Source of the DNA: Mobula hypostoma
Taxonomy: Eukaryota
Length of the DNA stretch: 64,000 nucleotides
Assembly: GCF_963921235.1 (NCBI RefSeq)
Contig: NC_086097.1
Coordinates: 96,598,001-96,662,000, forward strand
Direction: 5' to 3'
In this document: one piece after another, positions 13,625 to 25,372 of the stretch
How positions within the stretch are numbered: the first letter of the stretch is position 1
How the letters are laid out: each line of letters opens with the position of its first letter
The notes under the pieces: generated by a model
The model's input: only the letters and a program-made list of their open reading frames with translations
What the model was told of the DNA's origin: nothing
Database searches by the model: none
Made by a program: the position numbers and the translations under genes

Positions 13625-14672
13625 AGGGTGGACATTGCTTTGTGGATCCAGAACTGGCTTGCCCACAGAAGGCAAAGAGTGGTTGTAGACGCTTATAGAT
13701 GGAACCCGTACTCCTTGTGATTTTTATAAATGACCTGTATGAGGAAGTGGAGGGATAGGTTAGTAAGTTTGCTGATGACACAAAGGTTGGAGGTGTTGTG
13801 GATAGTGTGGATGGCTGTCAGAGGTTACAGCGGGACATCGTTAGGATGCAAAACTGGGCTGAGAAGTGGCAGGTGGAGTTCAACCCGGATAAGTGTGAGG
13901 TGGTTCATTTTGGCAGGTCAAATATGATGGCAGAATATAACATTAATGGCAAGACTCTTGGCAGTGTGGAGGATCGGAGGGATCTTGGGGTCCGAATCCA
14001 TAGAACACTCAAAGCAACTGCGCAGGTTGACACTGTGGTTAAGAAGGCATATGGTGTATTGGCCTTCATCAATCGTGGAACTGAATTTAGGAGCAGAGAG
14101 GTAATGTTGCAGCTATGTAGGACCCTGGTCAGACACCACTTGGAGTACTGTGCTCAATTCTGGTTGCCTCACTACAGGAAGGACGTGGAAGCCATAGAAA
14201 GGGTGCAGAGGAGATTTACAAGGATGCTGCCTGGACTGGGGAGCATGCCTTATGAGAATAGATTGAGTGAACTCAGCCTTTTCTCCTTGGAGTGACATAG
14301 GATGAGAGCTGACCTGATAGAGGTGTATAAGATGATGAGAGCACTGATCGTGTGGATAGTCAGAGGCTTTTTCCCAGGGCTGAAATGGTTACCACAAGAG
14401 GACACAGGTTTAAGGTGCTGGGGAGTAGGTACAGAGGAGATGTGAGGGTTAAGTTTTTTACACAGAGAGTGGTGAGTGAGTGGAATGGGCTGCCGGCAAT
14501 GGTGGTGGAGGCAGATATGATGGGGTCTTTTAAGAGACTCCTGGATAGGTACATGGAGCTTAGAAAAATAGAGGGCTATGGGTAAGCCTAGTAATTTCTA
14601 AGGTAGGGACATGTTTGGCACAACTTTGTGGGCCAAAGGGCCTGTGTTGTGCTGAAGGTTTTCTATGTTTCT
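13625..14672 (+). mobile_element. CR1 LINE 3' portion; 14071 onward is duplicated at 21343
   Basis: FADDTK RT motif; ORF 13798-14295 (WAEKWQVEFNPDKC, LEYCAQFW); FFTQRVV; ttctatgtttcta tail. Confidence 0.9.
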
Positions 14673-15934
14673 AAGATGGGAGACAGGGGATGGCAGAAGC
14701 TTGCTCAATATTTAAAATGATGCACTCTGAATGAACTAATCCCTGAGGCTTAAGAAGGCATCGGTGGTACCATACTTGGAGTATTGTGAGCAGTATTGGG
14801 CCCCATATGTAAGAAAAGATGTCCTGGCCTCGGAGAGGGTTCAGAAGTTGTTCACGGGAATGAAATGTTTAAGGTGTGAGAAGCAATTGATGGGCTCTGG
14901 GGCTGCACTCGCTGGAGTTTAGAAGAATGAGGGATATCTTAATGAAACCTATCCAATACTGAAAGGCCTCCATAGAGTGGATGTGGAGAATATTTTCCCT
15001 ATAGTGGGAGAGTCTAGGACCAGAGGGCATGGCCTCAGAATAGAGGGACGTCTATTTAGAACAGAGATGAAGAGGAATTTCTTTAGCCAGAGGGTGATGA
15101 ATCTGTGGAGGTCATTGCCACAGACTGTTGTGGAGGCCAAGTCATTGGATACATTTAAAGTGGAGGTCATTTAGCAAGTGTATCAAAAGTTATGGGGAGA
15201 AGACAGGAAAATGGGATTGGGAGGGATAATAAATCAGCCATAATGGAATGACAGAGCAGACTCAGTAGCCTGTCTTATGGGTTTATAGGACTGCTTGCCT
15301 GGAAGTAAGATCTTTTAATGCTCTATACCTTATAAATTCAATGAAAGATGAAATTAGTTATTGACGTGTTTACTGCCTTGTTCTTTTGATTGAATGTAAA
15401 TGAACAAAATCAGCACAGACATATAGTGGTCTGCCTCATACTATGTGTTTGATGATTACATCCTCCAAATTTGTATTTTCATTGTAACATTCAAGATGGT
15501 TATCTACACCTTCAAATTCTTTGTAGTTTCTAACTTGTAGTGAAATTGTTTCATTTTCACTCCCAGCTGTTTCTGACATCTCCAAGCCTGGATGCTTGAA
15601 ACCACAGTGAGCAAAACAGTTCTAACTTGTCTTGCTGCTTATTTCTCGCCAACTATCAGTGACAAAAATCACTGCTTTTTGAACACAAACACTTGCAACT
15701 AATGCTATTTGAAAGCTGTTCACTCTAAGCACAGTGTAGTGTCTAGCGACCATGCATGTACACATGACTGACCCTAGTTAGAAACTGTTCGGCAACAGTC
15801 TCTTGTCCCAATTAAGTGGCATAGGGTCCCAAGTAAACTAAAGGCATCCAGGCTATTTTCTCAACTGTTTTTTGTTCTTTAAGAGTTGTCCCAAATAGGC
15901 AGCTGTCCCGACTAACTGATGGCCTAGTTAACCA
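14071..15934 (+). repeat. Left copy of a 1864-bp direct repeat flanking the L1
   Basis: Colinear with 21343-23206 at a constant offset of 7272. Four substitutions spotted by eye (14513, 15046, 15365, 15666). Confidence 0.97.
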
Positions 15935-15945
15935 TAATTAATGTA

Positions 15946-16485
15946 ATGAAGAAGAAACTTGACTTTTTGACTTTTAAAAACTCTGACTTGGAATCTAGAA
16001 TGCGACGGCAGAATTTACGAATGATTGGCGTGAGGGAAGCTGTTGAAGCCAACAACCCCATGAAATATTTCTCTCAACTTTTAAAAGATGCATTCCCTAC
16101 TGTATTTCCTGACCAACCACCGCTACTGGATCGTGTTCACAGAATCCCATCATACTCGTCTAGGTCAGATAGACCTAGGCATGTTATTTTACGTTTTCAT
16201 TATTTTCAAGACAAGGAGAGACTGTTTCGATTCGCTCGATCTAAAAGTTTCATTGATTTTTCGGATCTTAAGTTCCGATTCGTGGAAGATTTCAGTAAAC
16301 CAATCTGGGACCAACGGGTCCGTTACAGATCCGTGATGTCGGAATTCTATAAGATGGATTTAAGACCAGCGCTGCTGTACCCTGCACGTCTAAGGATTCG
16401 CATGTTAGATGGAGCCCTTCATTTTTTTGATTCTCCATCGGATGCCCAGAGTTATCTGGATCAACTTTCATCTTCAACATCTTAA
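15946..16485 (+). CDS. L1 ORF1p, C-terminal half (N-terminally truncated)
   Basis: DLESRMRRQNLRMIGVRE (ORF1p DLENRSRRNNLRI-type motif), LDRVHR, PRHVILRFH, LLYPARLRI. Confidence 0.9.
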   Translation: MKKKLDFLTFKNSDLESRMRRQNLRMIGVREAVEANNPMKYFSQLLKDAFPTVFPDQPPLLDRVHRIPSYSSRSDRPRHVILRFHYFQDKERLFRFARSKSFIDFSDLKFRFVEDFSKPIWDQRVRYRSVMSEFYKMDLRPALLYPARLRIRMLDGALHFFDSPSDAQSYLDQLSSSTS

Positions 16486-17207
16486 TTGCCTTTTTTTAAT
16501 TATCTCCGTTGATCGGAGGCTGTGAATTGGTTGGTTTTAACTTTTCTGTGCCCTATTTGGGCAGAAAAGTTTACTTTTGATTTCTTAATATGGCTGCTAA
16601 ACTTTCTTTTTAACTGCGTCATTTCTTTCTTTTCCCAGGGGATTCTGGGTGGTTACTTCCCTTTTGTCATCTTACGTATTTCCTGTGCGGCCTTAAATTT
16701 TGTAGTTTTTTTTAAAATTTTATTCTGTTTTGCTTTTTATAATCACTTTATGTTAATAATCCTATTTTTTTTGTTGCTGTGTCTATTCATGAGTTTGAGG
16801 TTTATTGTGGTTTTTTTTTTAATATATATTTTCCGGCTTTTGTTCTGTTCTGTGTGTATTTTAATTGAGCTAACTTTTTTTTACTTATTTTTTTACTGTT
16901 TTACAATTAGCTGATCCTTTTCATATTTATACCTTTTTTTTAGGGAGCGTATACCGGAAGTCATGGGGGTAGTTTTAGCGCTTGCTTCTTTCTGGCGGGT
17001 CTGCTTTAGATTTTGCCTTGGGGTCTTGGGGTGGGGGGTGGTGGGAGGGGCTTCACGTTTTAGTTTGTTTCTCTTTGGGCTATATACATTATTGAAGTAC
17101 TGGTTGCGTCCTTTTCCCCGGTATCTTTTGTATGTTCTGTTTCCTCTCCGGGTTTGTGGGTCGCGCCTATTGTCAATCCTCCTTGTTGTGGGTTGACTTT
17201 AGGATTT

Positions 17208-20200
17208 ATGGAGTCTATTATTAATTTTGTCTCCTGGAATACTAATGGTCTTAATCATCCTATTAAAAGGAAAAAAGTTTTTAAAGTGTTCCGGAGACTT
17301 AAAGCACAAATTTTATTTTTACAAGAGACCCATGTACGGAGGGGGGACAGACTACGTTTTTTCAAATTCTGGAAGGGCCAACAATTTCATTCGAACTCCA
17401 ATGCTAAGATTCGAGGCGTCTCTATTTTTATAGATTCCTCAGTTACTTTTATACAACAGGATATTATCTCTGATCCGAATGGTAGATTTTTATTGGTTAG
17501 TGGTTTACTATTTAATAAAAAAGTAGTTTTGGTTAATGTTTATGCTCCTAATATGGATTGTCCGGAATTTTATAAATCATTGTTTGATCAGTTTCCGAAT
17601 TTGAACGAGTTTTCATTGATTTGGGGCGGAGATCTTAATACCTGTTTATCTCCAGCTTTGGACTGTTCGGCTCCTTTACGGACTTTACCTAATAAATCTG
17701 CAAATTTGATTAATTTTTTCCTTTCTGATTCTGGGTCGACGGACATTTGGCGTTTTCTGCATCCTCAGGAAAAAGATTTTTCCTTCTTTTCACATGTTCA
17801 TCATTCCTATTCAAGAATTGATTATTTTTTCATTGATTCTCGTCTCATTCCTTCAGTGATTAAATGTGATTATGATTCTATAACCATTTCGGATCATGCT
17901 CCACTTAAGCTTTCTATTAAAATTATGGCCAATATACCAAACAATAGACAATGGCGTTTTAATTCGCTGTTGCTTCAGGACTCGGACTTTGTTAATTTTA
18001 TGAATGAACAGATTGAGCTTTTTTTTACAATTAACCATACAGAAGATATTTCGGTTAACACTCTTTGGGACACTTTTAAAGCCTATATTCGGGGTCAGAT
18101 TATTTCGTATTCCGTTGCTTTGAGGAAGAAACAGAAGCAGGAGGAGATGGCAATTGTGGACAAGATTAAAGAAATTGATAAGAAATATGTTATGGCTCCT
18201 TCTGAGGAGCTATACAAACAAAGAACTGAACTTCAAATGGAACACAGTTTACTACTCTCGTCCTCGATTGTAAACCAATTAAAGAAAACAAGAAGTGATT
18301 TTTATGTTCACAGTGATAAAATTGGCAAGCTGCTGGCTAATCAATTGAAATCTAATTATGTTAAATCTCAAATCAATCAGATTTATAACCAAAATGATCG
18401 ATTGATATTGGATCATGTGGGGATTAATCAAACCTTTTGTGATTTTTATTCTTCTTTATATCAATCAGAGTCTCCTCGAGATTCTAAATATATGAATGAT
18501 TTTTTAGATAAGTTAGACTTCCCTCAGATTTCACAGGATATGTCTTCTTTATTAGATACTTCCATTACAATGGATGAGATTAAGAATGTTATTTTTTCTA
18601 TGAATCTGGGGAAAGCTCCTGGCCCTGATGGGTTTACCGTTGAATTTTATAAATGTTTTGCTTCTTTATTGATTCCTTGGCTCTATAAGGTTTTTGAGGC
18701 TTCTTTGAAACTTGGTAAACTTCCGGAATCTTTTAATAGAGCATCAATTTCTTTAATACTAAAGAAGGATAAAGACCCTGCTCAATGTGCATCTTATAGA
18801 CCAATATCTTTATTAAATGTTGATTCTAAAGTTTTTTCTAAGTTATTAGCAAATAGACTAGAAAAAGTACTTCCTTCTATTAATTCGGAAGACCAAACGG
18901 GTTTTATTAAAGGTCGTTACTCTTTTTATAATATTCGTACATTGTTAAATATCGTTTATACTCCCTCACAAAATGTTCCTGAGTGTGTTATTTCTTTAGA
19001 TGCCGAGAAAGCTTTTGATAGAGTAGAATGGCCTTATTTATTTAAGGTGCTTGAAATGTTTAATTTTAGCTTGAAATTTATATCCTGGATTAAACTGTTA
19101 TATCACTCCCCTGTAGCCTCGGTTCATACTAACTCTTTAAACTCACCTTTTTTTCCTCTCTTTCGTGGTACTCGACAAGGCTGTCCTCTTAGTCCCCTAT
19201 TATTTGATATTGCATTAGAACCTCTTGCAATTGCTATTCGAGAATCTTCAAATATTACTGGGATAACTCGGGGATTAAAGTCCCATAAATTATCACTCTA
19301 TGCTGATGATTTACTTTTATATATTTCTAATCCTGAGAGATCCATTCCTGCTGTTTTAGAGTTATTAGCACAATTTGGTCTTTTCTCAGGTTATAAATTA
19401 AATCTTAGTAAGAGTGAACTTTTTCCGATTAATAAACATCTTCCCTTATATTATAAATTTCCATTTAAATTGATTAATAATTACTTTTCATATCTTGGGA
19501 TTAAAATTACTTGTAAACATAAAGATTTATTTAAGACTAACTTTTTACCATTAATAGACCATATTACTCAACTTTCATCTAAATGGTTTCCCTTATATTT
19601 AACTTTGATTGGTCGTATTAATGCAGTTAAGATGTTTTTTTTGCCAAAATTTTTATATGTGTTTCAGGCATTACCAATTTTCGTTCCTAAATCTTTTTTT
19701 GATAAAGTTGACTCTAAAATTTCTTCATTTATTTGGCAGAATAAGAATCCGAGACTGGGTAAAATACATTTACAGAAAGCTAAGAGAGATGGAGGTTTAG
19801 CATTACCTAACTTTAGATTTTATTATTGGGCTATTAATATTCGACATATGAAATTTTGGTTACTTGACCGGGACATACTATCTATTCCTAAATGGGTAGC
19901 ATTGGAATTACAATCTGTTCAGGGTTATACACTTGGTTCTATTTTAGGTTCCTCTCTTCCTTTTGATTCGAAACGCCTTAAGCAGGTCTCTAACCCGATA
20001 GTTAAATATGCTTTGCGCATTTGGTTTCAATTCAGAAAATTTTTTGATCTTAATCAATTCGGGTTAGCGATTCCTATTTTAGGTAACATATTTTTTCCTC
20101 CCTCTTTTACGGATCGCGCTTTTCAAACTTGGAAGACTAAGGGTATTTTACGGTTTTTGGATTTATTTTTAGATGGTTCCCTTATGTCTTTTGAACAATT

Positions 20201-20984
20201 ATCTAATAAATATAACTTATCAAGAATACATTTTTTTAGATATTTACAAGTTAGAAATTTCCTAAGTACTATACTTTCTTCCTTTCCAATGCTTCCTCCT
20301 ATATATATTTTAGATTCGATAATTAACCTTAATCCATGTCAGAAAGGTGCATCGGCTATGATTTATAATATTATTATGAAACTTAGGAAAGCTCCATTTG
20401 ATAAGATTAGGGTAGATTGGGAACAGGAATTGGGGCTTACCATTTCTGTGGATGATTGGGGGCAGATTTTACAATTAGTTAATACTTCCTCTATTTGTGC
20501 TAAACATTCCCTAATTCAATTTAAAGTGGTTCATAGAGCACTTATGTCCAAAGATAAGTTAGCGCGTTTTTACTCGCATATTAATCCTTTCTGTGATAGA
20601 TGTTCGGGGCAGATAGCCTCTTTAACTCATATGTTTTGGTCTTGCCCTACTTTGGAAACTTTTTGGAGAGATATTTTTAATATTATTTCTAAGGTATTAA
20701 ATATAGATATCTCTCCTCACCCTATTACTGCTATCTTTGGACTACCTAAAATTTCTAGTAATCTTTCCCCTTCAGCCCGTAGAATGATTGCATTTCTTAC
20801 TTTAATGGCGAAAAGATGTATTTTACAACATTGGAAAGAGCTTAATGCTCCAACTACCTTTTTTTGGTTTTCTCAGACGATTTTATGTTTGAATTTGGAG
20901 AAAATTAGAAGTAACCTTCATGATTCTTCATTTAAATTTGAACAGATTTGGGGACCTTTTATTCGATATTTTCATTTAATGTAA
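17208..20984 (+). CDS. L1 ORF2p (APE endonuclease, reverse transcriptase, C-terminal Cys-His domain), uninterrupted
   Basis: Endonuclease motifs SWNTNGL, LQETH, GGDLN, SRIDY, SDH; RT motifs KAPGPDG, YRPISLLN, LDAEKAFDRV, QGCPLSP, YADD; CDRC...HMFWSC. Likely ATG at 17208. Confidence 0.97.
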   Translation: MESIINFVSWNTNGLNHPIKRKKVFKVFRRLKAQILFLQETHVRRGDRLRFFKFWKGQQFHSNSNAKIRGVSIFIDSSVTFIQQDIISDPNGRFLLVSGLLFNKKVVLVNVYAPNMDCPEFYKSLFDQFPNLNEFSLIWGGDLNTCLSPALDCSAPLRTLPNKSANLINFFLSDSGSTDIWRFLHPQEKDFSFFSHVHHSYSRIDYFFIDSRLIPSVIKCDYDSITISDHAPLKLSIKIMANIPNNRQWRFNSLLLQDSDFVNFMNEQIELFFTINHTEDISVNTLWDTFKAYIRGQIISYSVALRKKQKQEEMAIVDKIKEIDKKYVMAPSEELYKQRTELQMEHSLLLSSSIVNQLKKTRSDFYVHSDKIGKLLANQLKSNYVKSQINQIYNQNDRLILDHVGINQTFCDFYSSLYQSESPRDSKYMNDFLDKLDFPQISQDMSSLLDTSITMDEIKNVIFSMNLGKAPGPDGFTVEFYKCFASLLIPWLYKVFEASLKLGKLPESFNRASISLILKKDKDPAQCASYRPISLLNVDSKVFSKLLANRLEKVLPSINSEDQTGFIKGRYSFYNIRTLLNIVYTPSQNVPECVISLDAEKAFDRVEWPYLFKVLEMFNFSLKFISWIKLLYHSPVASVHTNSLNSPFFPLFRGTRQGCPLSPLLFDIALEPLAIAIRESSNITGITRGLKSHKLSLYADDLLLYISNPERSIPAVLELLAQFGLFSGYKLNLSKSELFPINKHLPLYYKFPFKLINNYFSYLGIKITCKHKDLFKTNFLPLIDHITQLSSKWFPLYLTLIGRINAVKMFFLPKFLYVFQALPIFVPKSFFDKVDSKISSFIWQNKNPRLGKIHLQKAKRDGGLALPNFRFYYWAINIRHMKFWLLDRDILSIPKWVALELQSVQGYTLGSILGSSLPFDSKRLKQVSNPIVKYALRIWFQFRKFFDLNQFGLAIPILGNIFFPPSFTDRAFQTWKTKGILRFLDLFLDGSLMSFEQLSNKYNLSRIHFFRYLQVRNFLSTILSSFPMLPPIYILDSIINLNPCQKGASAMIYNIIMKLRKAPFDKIRVDWEQELGLTISVDDWGQILQLVNTSSICAKHSLIQFKVVHRALMSKDKLARFYSHINPFCDRCSGQIASLTHMFWSCPTLETFWRDIFNIISKVLNIDISPHPITAIFGLPKISSNLSPSARRMIAFLTLMAKRCILQHWKELNAPTTFFWFSQTILCLNLEKIRSNLHDSSFKFEQIWGPFIRYFHLM

Positions 20985-21342
20985 TATTTACCCTTCTTGT
21001 TTTTTTTTCACTGTTTTAATGGAGGTCGGGATTGAGGACGTGATTTTAAGTTTAACTCTGTTTGGTTTCAAGTTAGCCCATTGCTTTGCCTTGCTTTTAG
21101 TTAGCTGCACGGTGGGTTTTTTTTGGGGGTTTTTTTTTTCTTTTTTTCCATTGATATATATAGAATTTAGTATACTATTATGTTATCTTGGTTTCTTATG
21201 CTTAAATTACATTGTTTGTAGTATTTTCTTTTTGGTATTGTTATCTTTTGGAATTTTATTATACTTTAACATTGTATTAATGTTTATATGGCTTACCTTT
21301 TTTGTATACTTACTCAATAAAAAGATTTAAAAAGAAAGAAAG

Positions 21343-23206
21343 AATCGTGGAACTGAATTTAGGAGCAGAGAGGTAATGTTGCAGCTATGTAGGACCCTGG
21401 TCAGACACCACTTGGAGTACTGTGCTCAATTCTGGTTGCCTCACTACAGGAAGGACGTGGAAGCCATAGAAAGGGTGCAGAGGAGATTTACAAGGATGCT
21501 GCCTGGACTGGGGAGCATGCCTTATGAGAATAGATTGAGTGAACTCAGCCTTTTCTCCTTGGAGTGACATAGGATGAGAGCTGACCTGATAGAGGTGTAT
21601 AAGATGATGAGAGCACTGATCGTGTGGATAGTCAGAGGCTTTTTCCCAGGGCTGAAATGGTTACCACAAGAGGACACAGGTTTAAGGTGCTGGGGAGTAG
21701 GTACAGAGGAGATGTGAGGGTTAAGTTTTTTACACAGAGAGTGGTGAGTGAGTGGAATGGGCTGCCGGCAATGGTGGTGGAGGCGGATATGATGGGGTCT
21801 TTTAAGAGACTCCTGGATAGGTACATGGAGCTTAGAAAAATAGAGGGCTATGGGTAAGCCTAGTAATTTCTAAGGTAGGGACATGTTTGGCACAACTTTG
21901 TGGGCCAAAGGGCCTGTGTTGTGCTGAAGGTTTTCTATGTTTCTAAGATGGGAGACAGGGGATGGCAGAAGCTTGCTCAATATTTAAAATGATGCACTCT
22001 GAATGAACTAATCCCTGAGGCTTAAGAAGGCATCGGTGGTACCATACTTGGAGTATTGTGAGCAGTATTGGGCCCCATATGTAAGAAAAGATGTCCTGGC
22101 CTCGGAGAGGGTTCAGAAGTTGTTCACGGGAATGAAATGTTTAAGGTGTGAGAAGCAATTGATGGGCTCTGGGGCTGCACTCGCTGGAGTTTAGAAGAAT
22201 GAGGGATATCTTAATGAAACCTATCCAATACTGAAAGGCCTCCATAGAGTGGATGTGGAGAATATTTTCCCTATAGTGGGAGAGTCTAGGACCAGAGGGC
22301 ATGGCCTCAGAATAGAGAGACGTCTATTTAGAACAGAGATGAAGAGGAATTTCTTTAGCCAGAGGGTGATGAATCTGTGGAGGTCATTGCCACAGACTGT
22401 TGTGGAGGCCAAGTCATTGGATACATTTAAAGTGGAGGTCATTTAGCAAGTGTATCAAAAGTTATGGGGAGAAGACAGGAAAATGGGATTGGGAGGGATA
22501 ATAAATCAGCCATAATGGAATGACAGAGCAGACTCAGTAGCCTGTCTTATGGGTTTATAGGACTGCTTGCCTGGAAGTAAGATCTTTTAATGCTCTATAC
22601 CTTATAAATTCAATGAAAGATGAAATTAGTTATTGATGTGTTTACTGCCTTGTTCTTTTGATTGAATGTAAATGAACAAAATCAGCACAGACATATAGTG
22701 GTCTGCCTCATACTATGTGTTTGATGATTACATCCTCCAAATTTGTATTTTCATTGTAACATTCAAGATGGTTATCTACACCTTCAAATTCTTTGTAGTT
22801 TCTAACTTGTAGTGAAATTGTTTCATTTTCACTCCCAGCTGTTTCTGACATCTCCAAGCCTGGATGCTTGAAACCACAGTGAGCAAAACAGTTCTAACTT
22901 GTCTTGCTGCTTATTTCTCGCCAACTATCAGTGACAAGAATCACTGCTTTTTGAACACAAACACTTGCAACTAATGCTATTTGAAAGCTGTTCACTCTAA
23001 GCACAGTGTAGTGTCTAGCGACCATGCATGTACACATGACTGACCCTAGTTAGAAACTGTTCGGCAACAGTCTCTTGTCCCAATTAAGTGGCATAGGGTC
23101 CCAAGTAAACTAAAGGCATCCAGGCTATTTTCTCAACTGTTTTTTGTTCTTTAAGAGTTGTCCCAAATAGGCAGCTGTCCCGACTAACTGATGGCCTAGT
23201 TAACCA
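21343..23206 (+). repeat. Right copy of the 1864-bp direct repeat (two CR1 fragments plus part of a DNA-transposon remnant)
   Basis: See left copy. This copy continues into a TIR-like end ttaaccagaatccgctgta (to ~23218) that is cut off in the left copy. Confidence 0.97.
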
Positions 23207-23749
23207 GAATCCGCTGTATAAAAGCTGGACTTGCCTTCAATTACATAAAATAGATTCTTCCTGCTCTTCTCCCTTTTTTGGGTCCTCCACATTTTGATAT
23301 ATTGATACACCAAGTGCTATCCAGCAGTTGTTGGTGTATCAATATATCAAAATGTGGAGGACCCACCTATATCTGGATGCATTCACAGTCTGCAGTCTGC
23401 AGCTATTCTAGCAGAATCCGACTTTCACAGTTTGGCTTGAATTCCACGTACTTAGTGGATCCCGATCAAGTTCTTCAGACCCACTTCACATGCAACCACT
23501 TCAAACATATTACCTACCTGGCTTTTCTATCTGCCCTTTCCCTGCCAACTGCCTTTCTGGTAATGACCATCCCCAAGCCCTGCAATGCAGAAAAATTATC
23601 CTTCAGCTGATTTTTCTGCCATTTACTTTTGTATCCTTCATCCTTGATATATTTACCCTGTGTGATCTTCCCTTAACATCATGGTCTGAATCGACATTCC
23701 CTCCCCTAAGGCAACTTGAAAATTTGTGGTAAGTGTGGTATAAAAGGCA

Positions 23750-24430
23750 ATCTGAAAATTTCCAGTTTGCAAAGATTCAGTATGTCATCTAAAACCCTGA
23801 CAAACTTCTGTATGTCTGTGGTGGAGGGTATACTGACTGGTTGCATCACGGCCTACTTTGGAAACTCCAATGCCCTTGATGGAATATCCCAGAAAAAGAA
23901 GTGGATACAGCCCAGCCCATTGTGGGTAAAGCCTTCCCCATATCACTGAGTACAACTACATGGAGTGCTGTTGCAGGAAAGCAGCATCCATCATCAAGGA
24001 CCCCCACCATCCAAGCCATGCTCTCTTCTCATTGCTGCCTTCAGAAAGAAGGTACAGGAGCTGCACCACCAGGTTCAGGAACAGTTATTACCCCTCTACC
24101 ATTAGGCTCCAGAATCAGGGGAGATAACTTCACTTGCCCATCACTGAATTGTTCCCATTGAATTGGACTCGCTTCCAAGGACTCGTCATCTCTTGGTCTC
24201 TATTTATTACTTTTCTATTTATTATTATTGTTTTATCTTTCTTTTTGTATTTGCAGTTTATTTTGTTTTGTTTGCACATTGGTTGTTGTCCACCCTTTTG
24301 GGTGCAGTGTTTTGTTGATTCTGTTGTGTTTTTTGTTTGTACTTACTGTGATTGCCCACAAGAAAATGGATCTCAGTGTTGTACATGGTGACATATATGC
24401 ACTTTGATAATAAATTTACTTTAAACTTTG
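23750..24430 (+). mobile_element. Rex1/Babar-type LINE 3' fragment
   Basis: KTLTNFC..VVEGILTGCITAY motif shared with 3154-4206; gataataaatttactttaaactttga tail. Confidence 0.75.
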
Positions 24431-24539
24431 AAAATTAGTTGAACTGGGGCAACAGTATCTAAAAACAGTCTTTGAAATTAGAAGATAATTTATACAAAAC
24501 TGGAGCAAAAATATAAATGGTGTAATTCTGAAACATCAA

Positions 24540-25372
24540 TAGGTTTCAATAGGTACATTTAATGTCAGAGAAATATATACAATATACACCCTGAAATTCT
24601 TTTTTCTCGCAAACATCCATGGCAACAGAGAAGTGTCCCAAAGAATGAATGACAGTTAAAACATTAGAACCCCAAAGCCCTCCCGTTCCCCCCTCCCACA
24701 CACAAGCAGCAGCAAGGCAATGATCCCACCCCCCACCCCCACCAGCAAATAAAGCATCAGCACCCTCCAATGGCACGCAAGTGTGCAGCAAAGCATCGAT
24801 AAAGACATAGACTTGCAGTACCCCAAAGACTACTCATTCACCTGGTATTCAACAAAGCACAGGCTCTCTCTCTCCCTAATAAGGGAAAAAGAGGTGTCTC
24901 CATTTCACAGCGAGAGGGGAGACATAACAAACAACTTGCTGATTTACCATGTTAAAAGTCTATTGTGTTGCTTTTTCCGAGCTCTGTACCTGGAGAGTTG
25001 GCACCAAAAAGGCGCAGCTCTCTGGGCACACAACCCTCGGCAGCTAACCTGCTGCCCCCCGATGTTCCATATTTTCCTGTGACACTTCAGTCAGGGGCTC
25101 CAGCCTAGTCAGCATGTCTTCAGAGCCATAAAAATCCAGAATCCCTGAAGGTGTGCTCACTTTCTAGGCCGTGTCCTTGGGATATCAAAAAACAGCTGGT
25201 AATGAGGCCCCGAGAGCGGGTTCCATTTCCACAAAGAACCGAAGTCAGAGTGTAACTGCAGGTCAGAGTATTCAAAAGAAGCTTGAAAAGGGGAAAAAAA
25301 GAGATATCAAAGATAGAAATAGAGCTGTTCCCGAAGATGCGAGTAAAGGAGACACCATTTAGCGCCATCTTG
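24540..25372 (-). mobile_element. Second copy of the 7657-8400 repeat family
   Basis: Reverse-complement similarity across both ends and the interior (shared DTDLQYPKDY / DIDLQYPKDY pseudo-ORFs). Confidence 0.7.

Larger units (their letters stand above)
15935..21342 (+). mobile_element. 5'-truncated L1-clade LINE: partial ORF1, long spacer, intact ORF2, 3' UTR and tail
   Basis: ORF1 and ORF2 as listed below; AATAAA at 21316-21321 followed by an aaaaagaaagaaag tail. Confidence 0.96.

Noticed and set aside
16522..17196. Hydrophobic Phe/Leu-rich ORFs (also 21019-21330) resembling membrane proteins
   Set aside because: Artefact of T-rich L1 spacer and 3' UTR composition.
21343..23206. L1 3' transduction, or LTRs, as the explanation for the 1864-bp repeat
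   Set aside because: No poly(A) after the right copy, no TG...CA ends, PBS or PPT, and both outer flanks continue pre-existing repeats.
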